Of a stretch of 20,471 bases of DNA, positions 1-7,263 are shown one piece after another; position 1 is the stretch's first letter, and the number at the start of each line of letters is the position of its first letter. The translations under genes were made by a program, and so were the position numbers. The stretch spans positions 73,197 through 93,667 of the forward strand of contig JBNKTL010000014.1 of the NCBI GenBank assembly GCA_050298055.1. The letters run 5' to 3'. The notes beneath the pieces were generated by a model, which saw nothing but the letters and a program-made list of their open reading frames with translations, was not told the DNA's origin and did no database searches. The stretch is from Spirochaetota bacterium (GTDB taxonomy: Bacteria; Spirochaetota; UBA4802; UBA5550).

Positions 1-2
1 CC

Positions 3-512
3 ATCGATTACGCGTTCGATGAAGAATATGATGAAGACATTGTGATGGAAAGCGGATTGAGGATTGCGAGAAAGAAATTTGAAAATCTTGTTCAAAGGCG
101 AGTGAGGTTTAAAAAGGAAGCACGCCTGGCACGGTACCTGCTGAACCAGGAATTTGACAAAGCAGAATTTGAGATGAGGCAGTATGTGCAGGACTATAAT
201 TTTAAACTTATCGATTCAATGCTTGCTGTCCTTTCTGAAGAAAAACAAGAGAGCAGACTAACAGTAGGGAAAATATCATATAATGATATGAGAATTCACC
301 TCCTTGATAATTACAGCAGATTGAAGAAGGAATCTGCTCTCAACGGGATGATCGAAAAGGTCAGGGTTGAGGATGATATAAGCGGTTTAAATGGTGAAAT
401 CAAATCAATTGATAAAAAAGATACTGCCGGTAAGACGAAACCTGATGCAGATAGAAAAGAGAACACCGGGAAAGAAACCGAAAAAAATGATAAAAATGAG
501 AGTGGAGAGTAA
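3..512 (+). CDS. Hypothetical protein, C-terminal part (5'-truncated by the window edge)
   Basis: The frame of ORF 42..512 is open back to position 3 (IDYAFDEEYDEDIV...), so the true start is upstream. Charged helical sequence with a K/E/D-rich tail; stop TAA at 510-512. No family recognised. Confidence 0.75.
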   Translation: MDYAFDEEYDEDIVMESGLRIARKKFENLVQRRVRFKKEARLARYLLNQEFDKAEFEMRQYVQDYNFKLIDSMLAVLSEEKQESRLTVGKISYNDMRIHLLDNYSRLKKESALNGMIEKVRVEDDISGLNGEIKSIDKKDTAGKTKPDADRKENTGKETEKNDKNESGE

Positions 513-584
513 AAATGCTCTTGATTCTCATTACCTCTTCTAATAGTTTGTGATATACAGACATAATCAACACAGGAGCAGAGA

Positions 585-950
585 ATGAAGTTCAAACAGG
601 GTGTTTTTTCACTTCTCATGGTATTCCTGGTTTCAGCAGGAATAAGTTGCAGTAAGGGGGGGAAAAACGGGATTCTGGGTATACAGGTTCCGGTAGGCTC
701 CGGGAAAGTCAGCGATGCAAACAAATATGTTATTACGGGAGTTTATGAAAATACACCTGCGCATAAGGCGGGCGTAAAACCTGATGATATAATTGTTCAG
801 ATAAACGAAACACCTGTTTCGGATGGAATGGAATACGATTACATTTATAAAAATCTTCTGCTTGGGAGACCCGGTGAAAAAATTACGCTTGTGGTCAGCA
901 GAAAGGATAAAAAAATAATTTTTGAAATAGTCAGGGCGAGGCGGGAATAG
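585..950 (+). CDS. Stand-alone PDZ-domain lipoprotein
   Basis: RBS AGGAG upstream; signal peptide ending in a lipobox-like AGISC; PDZ hallmarks GILGI, VYENTPAHKAGVKPDDIIVQINE and GRPGEKITLVVSR. Confidence 0.88.
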   Translation: MKFKQGVFSLLMVFLVSAGISCSKGGKNGILGIQVPVGSGKVSDANKYVITGVYENTPAHKAGVKPDDIIVQINETPVSDGMEYDYIYKNLLLGRPGEKITLVVSRKDKKIIFEIVRARRE

Positions 951-955
951 CTTCC

Positions 956-1051
956 ATGAAGCGTGTCTTGTGGCTGCTCCTGGTTACTTACTCTGTACTG
1001 GTTGCATCGATTCTCCTGGTTGATATTATCTACTGGTACTTCAACAGCTGA
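956..1051 (+). CDS. Putative 31-aa single-pass membrane peptide (MKRVLWLLLVTYSVLVASILLVDIIYWYFNS)
   Basis: Translated by hand. ATG lies 5 nt after the PDZ stop with purine-rich GCGGGAA upstream; basic N-terminus, about 22 hydrophobic residues, aromatic YWYF belt, TGA at 1049-1051. Confidence 0.55.
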   Translation: MKRVLWLLLVTYSVLVASILLVDIIYWYFNS

Positions 1052-1338
1052 TCTTCTTCTGTTTTTTTTTAATTATAACAATTATTGCTCTGTCAATTGC
1101 CTTAAATGAGGGGAAATAAGGTATTATTGTTTGGAACGGAGTAACATGCTTTTTATGAATTGCTGTAAAAACATAATTAATCATATTTTTTTTCAGAATT
1201 ATTCGATGATTAATCCCGATAAAACTGAATTAAATCCGCATAGTTGTAGACAAAAGGAAATATTTTTATTACATTTTCACTATCAGTTTTTTAAAGTTCC
1301 ATTATTTGAGGTTAATATTTTTATTTTATGAATAATCA

Positions 1339-1385
1339 TAATTGGTATCTCCGTGCCGTCGCAGGCGGCAGGGAGATACCAATTA
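1339..1385. repeat. GC-rich palindrome with a GCA triloop (REP-like hairpin, family member A)
   Basis: TAATTGGTATCTCC-G-TGCCGTC-GCA-GGCGGCA-G-GGAGATACCAATTA: 22-position stem with one G/G mismatch and one G-T wobble. Core 1346-1378 matches 7070-7102 at 25/33 positions. Confidence 0.85.
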
Positions 1386-1450
1386 AAGTTTATTAAGATA
1401 AATATTTTATATATTATGAAATCTAATGAAATGATAACACGAGGAACAAA

Positions 1451-3790
1451 ATGAAAAAAATATTTTTTCTTTCGGTATCGTTAATGCTGGTTATGGTTTT
1501 TATTAACTGTAATAAGAATGAAGATAAAGAGACACAGGTAAAAAACAGTGCCAGGATAATGTTTGCAATCGGTGATGTGAAGGTTAAAACCGGTGAACAA
1601 TGGAACGGCGCACGGGAAAAAATGGAATTAAGTGAAGGTAATGAGATTAAAACCGGTCCCGGCGGACAGTGCAACCTGGTTGTGGGAAAAGATTCCTTCA
1701 TATCTGTAAAAGAAAAATCTCACCTGGTACTTGCGACATTATTCAAGGATGTTTCCGGTATGGAGAACAGTACCGTTGAACTCAAGGTCGGTAAAAGTAT
1801 CCTGAATCCCAAGAAACTGCTTAAAGGTGAGAGCTTTAGTGTTAAAACACCTACTGCAATTGCTGCTGTCAGGGGAACAAGGTTTGTGGTTGAATCAAAG
1901 CCAAAGGGCAAAATGAAGGTAGCAGTTGTTGACGGGAAGGTAGAGCTGAAGAGAAGAATTCCTGCTTTAGAGAAAGTAGAGAATGAAATTATCAGGGAAT
2001 CCAAAACACTTGCTGCCCTGAATGAAAAGGTTGAGGATGAAAAGATCATAGTGGATGCAAACCAGTCCGCTTTCATCAATAATAAGGTCGCTGAAGAGGA
2101 GAACAGGGTTGTAGAAGAAGTCGTTACAAAACATGTTGAAAAAGTAAAAGAAGCAGCTCAGGAGAAGAAGACCGATAAAAAAGGTGAAACACCTGCCGCA
2201 GGGGATGAGAAGGAGATAAGTACAGCCCTCAAAGACCTTAAAATAATGAAGAAAAAAGAAAACCAGGTCAAACAGATTATTGTCAGCGAAAAGGTCGTTG
2301 AAGAGGACAAGAAGGACGTTAAAGAGCTTAACACTTTTATAGATAAAGTGAAAAAACAGGCTGCCGCCGAAGAGAAAGAAAAAAAGATCACTGAACTGAT
2401 CATCAAATCACCTGTTAAAAAAGGTGAGATCTTTGTAAACTCAAAGTCTGCGGGATTCAATGAAGTAAAACTTAACCCGGTTCCCGGTGCAAAGCTTGAT
2501 ATTGTGGTATCAGCGCCACGATATGAAAAGTACAGGCAGAGTATCACCCTTAAGGAAGGGGAAAAGAGGATCATTACCGCGGAATTTATTAAGTCACCGG
2601 TGCTTACGGTTGTTTCCCCGGTCAGAGAGGGAAGGATATATATTAATTCACGGTATCTTGGCAGGGGCAAAGCCGTCTACTACCCTGAATCGGGAAGCAG
2701 TGTAAAGATTGAGATTATTGCGCGGGGATTCAAGAAATTCAATAGTGAACTTTCATTGAAACCCGGTGAGGAGAAAATGTTCAGGGCAAGCCTTGAAAAG
2801 TCAAAAGAGCTGAGCAGGGTAAAGTGGAGTGAAAAGTATGGGACCAACATCAGTATCAGTCCCGTTTATTATGGGAATATGGTAATAATCGGTACAGTGG
2901 ACGGATTCCTGCTGGCACTTAATCAAGATGGCAGGAAAATATGGAGGGCCAATCTCAAAAGAAGTATTGAATCCACACCGGTGATAAAGGCCGGTAATAT
3001 ATATGTTGTCACAAACAGCGGAGACTTCTATTCATTAAAGGTCCGGAACGGCCATCGTAACTGGAAAAAGAAAGTCTATGGTGCGCTCCTTTTCGGATCA
3101 AAACCGTTGATTGTCGGGAAGAGGATATTCCTGGGAACCAGCTATGGAAGGATCTATGCCTTCACCACAGAGGGGAAAGAACTCTGGATGAAGGATATAA
3201 ATAACGGTATCTACTCATCTCCTGCATTCGCCGGAGGAAAGATATTTTTCGGAGCAGAGGACCGGAAAATTTATGCTCTCTCTGCCAGTGACGGTAGCAT
3301 TGAATGGAAATTTAAAACCGACAGCAGGATGGTCTCCTCATCACCGGTTATTCATGGTAAGACATTATATATCGGCTGTTACAGCGGTACATTCTTTGCC
3401 ATCGACACCGGGAAGGGAAAGGAGAGATGGAATTATAAAACCGGCGATTCGGTATTTTCATCACCTGTTGTATACGGGGAGAGCGTTATATTCGGGTCAA
3501 ATGACGGCTATCTCTACAGGCTTTCTCTCTCAAAAGGTTCTCTGGTATGGAAATTTAATACGGGGAGCAAGATCACTTCAAGACCTTCCCTTAAAGAGAA
3601 CAGAGTATACATAACCAGCGGTAAGAAAATTTTTGCACTGAACAGTGCAAATGGAAGACAGGTCTGGCAGCACGGATTTGCCAGGGATGTAAAGACCTCT
3701 GCCACAGTTGTTGGAAATGATATCTATCTCGGCCTGGATAAGGGTGAGTTAACCTCCGTAAGAGATTCTCTCAAGGAAATGAGTAAATAA
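1451..3790 (+). CDS. Lipoprotein with an N-terminal FecR domain (LipL45-like), charged linker, two PEGA-like domains and a C-terminal PQQ-like (BamB-type) beta-propeller
   Basis: RBS GAGG; lipobox-like VFINC; FecR motif FSVKTPTAIAAVRGTRF; two PEGA-like units (GEIFVN...APRYEKY, GRIYIN...ARGFKKF); repeated PQQ-type blades (SSPA...IYALSASDGSIEWKF, SSPV...AIDTGKGKERWNY). Confidence 0.88.
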   Translation: MKKIFFLSVSLMLVMVFINCNKNEDKETQVKNSARIMFAIGDVKVKTGEQWNGAREKMELSEGNEIKTGPGGQCNLVVGKDSFISVKEKSHLVLATLFKDVSGMENSTVELKVGKSILNPKKLLKGESFSVKTPTAIAAVRGTRFVVESKPKGKMKVAVVDGKVELKRRIPALEKVENEIIRESKTLAALNEKVEDEKIIVDANQSAFINNKVAEEENRVVEEVVTKHVEKVKEAAQEKKTDKKGETPAAGDEKEISTALKDLKIMKKKENQVKQIIVSEKVVEEDKKDVKELNTFIDKVKKQAAAEEKEKKITELIIKSPVKKGEIFVNSKSAGFNEVKLNPVPGAKLDIVVSAPRYEKYRQSITLKEGEKRIITAEFIKSPVLTVVSPVREGRIYINSRYLGRGKAVYYPESGSSVKIEIIARGFKKFNSELSLKPGEEKMFRASLEKSKELSRVKWSEKYGTNISISPVYYGNMVIIGTVDGFLLALNQDGRKIWRANLKRSIESTPVIKAGNIYVVTNSGDFYSLKVRNGHRNWKKKVYGALLFGSKPLIVGKRIFLGTSYGRIYAFTTEGKELWMKDINNGIYSSPAFAGGKIFFGAEDRKIYALSASDGSIEWKFKTDSRMVSSSPVIHGKTLYIGCYSGTFFAIDTGKGKERWNYKTGDSVFSSPVVYGESVIFGSNDGYLYRLSLSKGSLVWKFNTGSKITSRPSLKENRVYITSGKKIFALNSANGRQVWQHGFARDVKTSATVVGNDIYLGLDKGELTSVRDSLKEMSK

Positions 3791-3802
3791 AAAACTGACG
3801 GG

Positions 3803-3837
3803 AAGAGGGGGGGCTCACGGCTCCCCTCTTTTTATTT
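3803..3837 (+). terminator. Rho-independent terminator after the FecR/PQQ lipoprotein gene
   Basis: AAGAGGGGGGGC-TCACG-GCTCCCCTCTT hairpin followed by TTTATTT, 13 nt after the stop at 3790 and between convergent genes. Confidence 0.75.
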
Positions 3838-4423
3838 AAAGAGGGCTTTCCTTGAGATTGTATTCCCAGAGTTCAACCAGTTTATCAAACTCCCGGTCTT
3901 TTGGCTTGTTTTTGGAAGCTGAGTTTCGTCTTTTTATGAGATATGCTACGGTTGAATCTTCAAGGAGGAACTTCTCCTCAAGTTCATTCAGTTTAATAAT
4001 ATTGTAATTGAGATTGAATGTCTGGAAATCTCCCAGGTACCTGGTGGACGCAATAGTCGGTTCATATTTAAGCAGAAGTTCATTCAGGTAGAGTGACTGG
4101 CGCCAGGCAACAGGGCTGTTAGCCAGCCCCGACTTAAAATGAATACTCAGCTTTTCATAAAGGTCCATATTTTTGTAATAGGAATCGTAAATTATTTTGA
4201 TGAATTCAGGGAAGTTATTCTGAACCTCCATGAGGTCTATGGGTTCATTTCTCTCTTTGAAATATTCAAAGATCTTCATGCTTTTTTCATTTATCGGCTC
4301 CACATCAATAAGTTCAATATACATATCTTTGATTATGGTCCTGACTTTGCCGATCTTTTTCAGATAGATCTCTATTTCAACCGGTTCAAGGTAGTAGTAC
4401 TTTCTGTTCCGTTTCAGTTCCAT
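3836..4423 (-). CDS. Hypothetical cytoplasmic protein (195 aa)
   Basis: Long ORF with typical composition, starting 8 nt after the stop of 4432..6891 (operon-like). No motif recognised. Confidence 0.8.
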   Translation of the reverse strand: MELKRNRKYYYLEPVEIEIYLKKIGKVRTIIKDMYIELIDVEPINEKSMKIFEYFKERNEPIDLMEVQNNFPEFIKIIYDSYYKNMDLYEKLSIHFKSGLANSPVAWRQSLYLNELLLKYEPTIASTRYLGDFQTFNLNYNIIKLNELEEKFLLEDSTVAYLIKRRNSASKNKPKDREFDKLVELWEYNLKESPL

Positions 4424-4431
4424 AATGCGGT

Positions 4432-6891
4432 TTATTCGTTTTTTCCCCTGTTTTCTTTCCGTTCCTTGAGAATACGGTCTATCATCTTCTGATGTTTCTC
4501 AATAAACGCGACTTTTTTTGCTTCCTCCAGGAGCTTCCCGGAGATATCCGGTCCTGAATGATTGATCCTTTCCATGATTCTGTTAAAGAGAATGATACTC
4601 TCAATAATCTTATCTTCTGAGAGTTTCCAGAGTGTATCGCCCCTCCTGACTTTTACCCGGGTCCCATCCAGCATATGAAATATATTTCCCGGGTATATCC
4701 AGTCCGGGTTCTTCTCCCTGAGCCGGGTGAGGGAAATTTTATTATAGTTGTTTTTTACCGCCACACTGTTTGCATATCTGAGTATATCCGAAACCTTTAC
4801 CCTGATCTTATATTTCTTTATAAGCCCGGAATAGCTCTCTCTGTCAATTGTGTGTATCTCCCTGAGTGTTTGCTCGTATGGTGTTTCTTCGGCTTTTGTA
4901 TTTTTGGTATTGAAGAACGTAAAGATATCGGTGTGAAAAAGAACACCGATAATAAGAAGGATTATGATAATTGCCGCGGCAGTTATTTTGAAAGGTTTTA
5001 AGGTCTTCCCGGTTTCAGGGGAAACGGAACCGGAAACTTTTCCTTTTCCCGGTTTTACTTTTTTCATGGATTCGTTATCCGGTTTTCGGCCTGAATCTTC
5101 AAGCTGAATGGAAACCTCGTATCCCTTTCCCTCCTTTTTTTCCATAAGATGATCTTCACGTCTCTTCCTGAGAAGCTTATCAAGTTCTTCAATGTATTCT
5201 TTCTTTTCACTGAACATTGCAGATTTATCAATGAAATAATCGAGAAGCCTTCTGAGACGCTCCCTGTCGTGTCGTATCCTGCCGTTGAAGAGATCGGTCT
5301 CATCTCCGTGGTGTTCGGAAGAGGGGGGAGGGGGCATGTATTCATCGGCTTCACGAATCATCCTGGTAAGCATCTCCCGGTTTCCCGTTTCTTTTTCAAT
5401 GTCAATAAACTGGTAGACGGACCTGTCATGAAATATCAGGCTGCCCCTCAGCCTGCTGCTGTTTTCTTTGACTGCAGTTATGTGTATCTTCCCCTGAAGA
5501 GAGGTGAAAAGTCCTTTCAGTCTTGATGAAAGTTTCCTGTCAGCAGTTGAATTGAGAATATATCGCATAAGAGTGGAAAGATTGATGAGTCGGATATTCC
5601 TTTCCAGGGGGTCTTCAACCGGGTCCAGTTTTTTTGTTATCTCCTGGACTTTGCTTATGTTTTCATTCAGTATTTCACCCAGCAATTCTTCTTCAACGGG
5701 GTTCCTGCTGAGAATTTCTTCCGGATCAAGGGCTTTGCCGACAGAATACTCGGTGTTCTGAAAGACGATAATTTTATCAGGTGATACAAGCCGTGATATG
5801 TTTGGATTCCCGTCGTCAATAATGATAATTGGCTTTTGAGTGGATTTAAACCGGATAGTGTTCTCTTCAAACAGGGAATAGTTGATAATGATCCCGTCTT
5901 CCGAAGAGTTGATGAGTTCATCGAGATTCTCTTCCGTGGAGAGATAGCTGATCCTGACATTATCCGGTTTCGGCCCGGAGAGAGAGTAATTGATCACCAT
6001 GTTCCCCGATCCCCTGAAGTTGGCCATTTCGATAGAATCAGTAAGGGCAGTGTCCATTGACGTAAAACTTTCGATTTTTTTAAGACTTTTATTAAAAAGC
6101 CTTTTCAGAAAGCCGGCTTCTTCCCGTAAATCTGTATAGAGGTTTATTCCGGAATCCCTGCTCTGGTTCCACTTCAGGAGGTCAACGAGAGACTGCGGAT
6201 TTTCCCGCGGGAGAACAAGATTTTCAAGAGATCCGGGATCAATTTCATGTTCAACCAGCCAGGAGAAAAAATTGTCAGGATAACCCATAGATGAAATTTT
6301 GCCTTTGCTGTACACAAGAGGTATGTTCCTGTTAAAAGAAATCCCTGTCCCCCTGTACTTCTTCCCCCTGTTTGCTGAGCTTATTCTCTCAAGTATATTG
6401 TTATGGCTGCAGGAGGTCTTTTCAGCATCAAAGAGACTGATAATATCATTCTTATTATAGATGACCTTGAAGTTACTGTCCCTGTAGAATACACCGATAA
6501 ACTGATTTTTTTTGGATATAAGCCTTTTGCCGGTAATTTCCGGTATGTCCTTCTCGATGTTGATTAAAGATGCGTTTTTGAGATCGAGGCCGCATAAACG
6601 TTGGAAATCGAGAAATCTTTCCAGTGTATGCTGACTGCCGATATACCTGTTGTACTGGAGGTTTTTTATATCAATGTTGAACTGTTCATGCAGAGGATTG
6701 CCGGAGAGGGTGTCGGTGATAATTATATTTTCGATGAGCGGTATTATCTCAACAAAGAGGTCCAGCCAGTTCCCGATACGTATGAAAGGCTTTTCGTCCT
6801 CCAGTGAATCACCGGTAAAGACAATATAGCATTCATTATCCACGATAAAGAGTCTGTCACTGTCATTTTCAATAATTTCTTTTAATATCAT
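4432..6891 (-). CDS. Large single-pass membrane protein with a C-terminal LysM-like peptidoglycan-binding region
   Basis: 819 aa; RBS-like AGGAAG upstream; TM helix ITAAAIIIILLIIGVLF preceded by basic residues; C-terminal NPDWIYPG and VKVRRGDTLWKLS are LysM signature segments. Confidence 0.82.
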   Translation of the reverse strand: MILKEIIENDSDRLFIVDNECYIVFTGDSLEDEKPFIRIGNWLDLFVEIIPLIENIIITDTLSGNPLHEQFNIDIKNLQYNRYIGSQHTLERFLDFQRLCGLDLKNASLINIEKDIPEITGKRLISKKNQFIGVFYRDSNFKVIYNKNDIISLFDAEKTSCSHNNILERISSANRGKKYRGTGISFNRNIPLVYSKGKISSMGYPDNFFSWLVEHEIDPGSLENLVLPRENPQSLVDLLKWNQSRDSGINLYTDLREEAGFLKRLFNKSLKKIESFTSMDTALTDSIEMANFRGSGNMVINYSLSGPKPDNVRISYLSTEENLDELINSSEDGIIINYSLFEENTIRFKSTQKPIIIIDDGNPNISRLVSPDKIIVFQNTEYSVGKALDPEEILSRNPVEEELLGEILNENISKVQEITKKLDPVEDPLERNIRLINLSTLMRYILNSTADRKLSSRLKGLFTSLQGKIHITAVKENSSRLRGSLIFHDRSVYQFIDIEKETGNREMLTRMIREADEYMPPPPSSEHHGDETDLFNGRIRHDRERLRRLLDYFIDKSAMFSEKKEYIEELDKLLRKRREDHLMEKKEGKGYEVSIQLEDSGRKPDNESMKKVKPGKGKVSGSVSPETGKTLKPFKITAAAIIIILLIIGVLFHTDIFTFFNTKNTKAEETPYEQTLREIHTIDRESYSGLIKKYKIRVKVSDILRYANSVAVKNNYNKISLTRLREKNPDWIYPGNIFHMLDGTRVKVRRGDTLWKLSEDKIIESIILFNRIMERINHSGPDISGKLLEEAKKVAFIEKHQKMIDRILKERKENRGKNE

Positions 6892-7015
6892 TTCACTTCC
6901 TGTTTCTTCAGATAAAGAGTATTTCCGGTATGAGAATAAGTAAAGAGTTAATATACACTTGCTTTTTTTCGCAACAACTTTATTTTAACTCCTCAGATGA
7001 ATGATTAAAATTTTC

Positions 7016-7153
7016 GTAACTACTCAGGTATGTATAGGAATAATCATTTTCAATAAAAAAGATAACCGATATGTCCCCGCCGCCGAAGGAGGCGGGGACA
7101 TATTACTGGTATTTTTTAAATATGTATATTTTGTTATACAGCTGAGTAGTTAC
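7016..7153. mobile_element. 138-bp MITE-like element with IS66-type ends (copy 1)
   Basis: Perfect 12-bp TIRs GTAACTACTCAG (7016-7027) / CTGAGTAGTTAC (7142-7153); flanking 9-mers AAAATTTTC (7007-7015) and AAAAATTTC (7154-7162) differ by one base (candidate target-site duplication); central hairpin ATATGTCCCCGCC-G-CC-GAA-GG-A-GGCGGGGACATAT (7069-7103). Confidence 0.8.
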
Positions 7154-7263
7154 AAAAATTTCATTATTAAAGAAAAAATTAAATATTTTGATGTATCCGT
7201 AAGATAATTATTATAGGGGAACCTCTGTTTCCCTAATATCAGTGTTGTGCAGTATAATATTAT

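Noticed and set aside
311..724. 137-aa minus-strand ORF
   Set aside because: Antisense to two better-supported plus-strand genes; its F/S-rich content mirrors their K/E codons.
1131..1331. 66-aa ORF in the AT-rich intergenic region
   Set aside because: TTG start, very AT-rich, atypical composition and no motif; a GAGGGG lies too far upstream to be convincing.
7001..7207. 68-aa ORF across the MITE
   Set aside because: Runs through the TIRs and hairpin, with no RBS or transposase similarity; likely incidental.
7214..7235. Short hairpin TAGGGGAAC-CTCT-GTTTCCCTA upstream of the Asp-box gene
   Set aside because: Single 9-bp stem with no U-tract or second copy; cannot be distinguished from chance.
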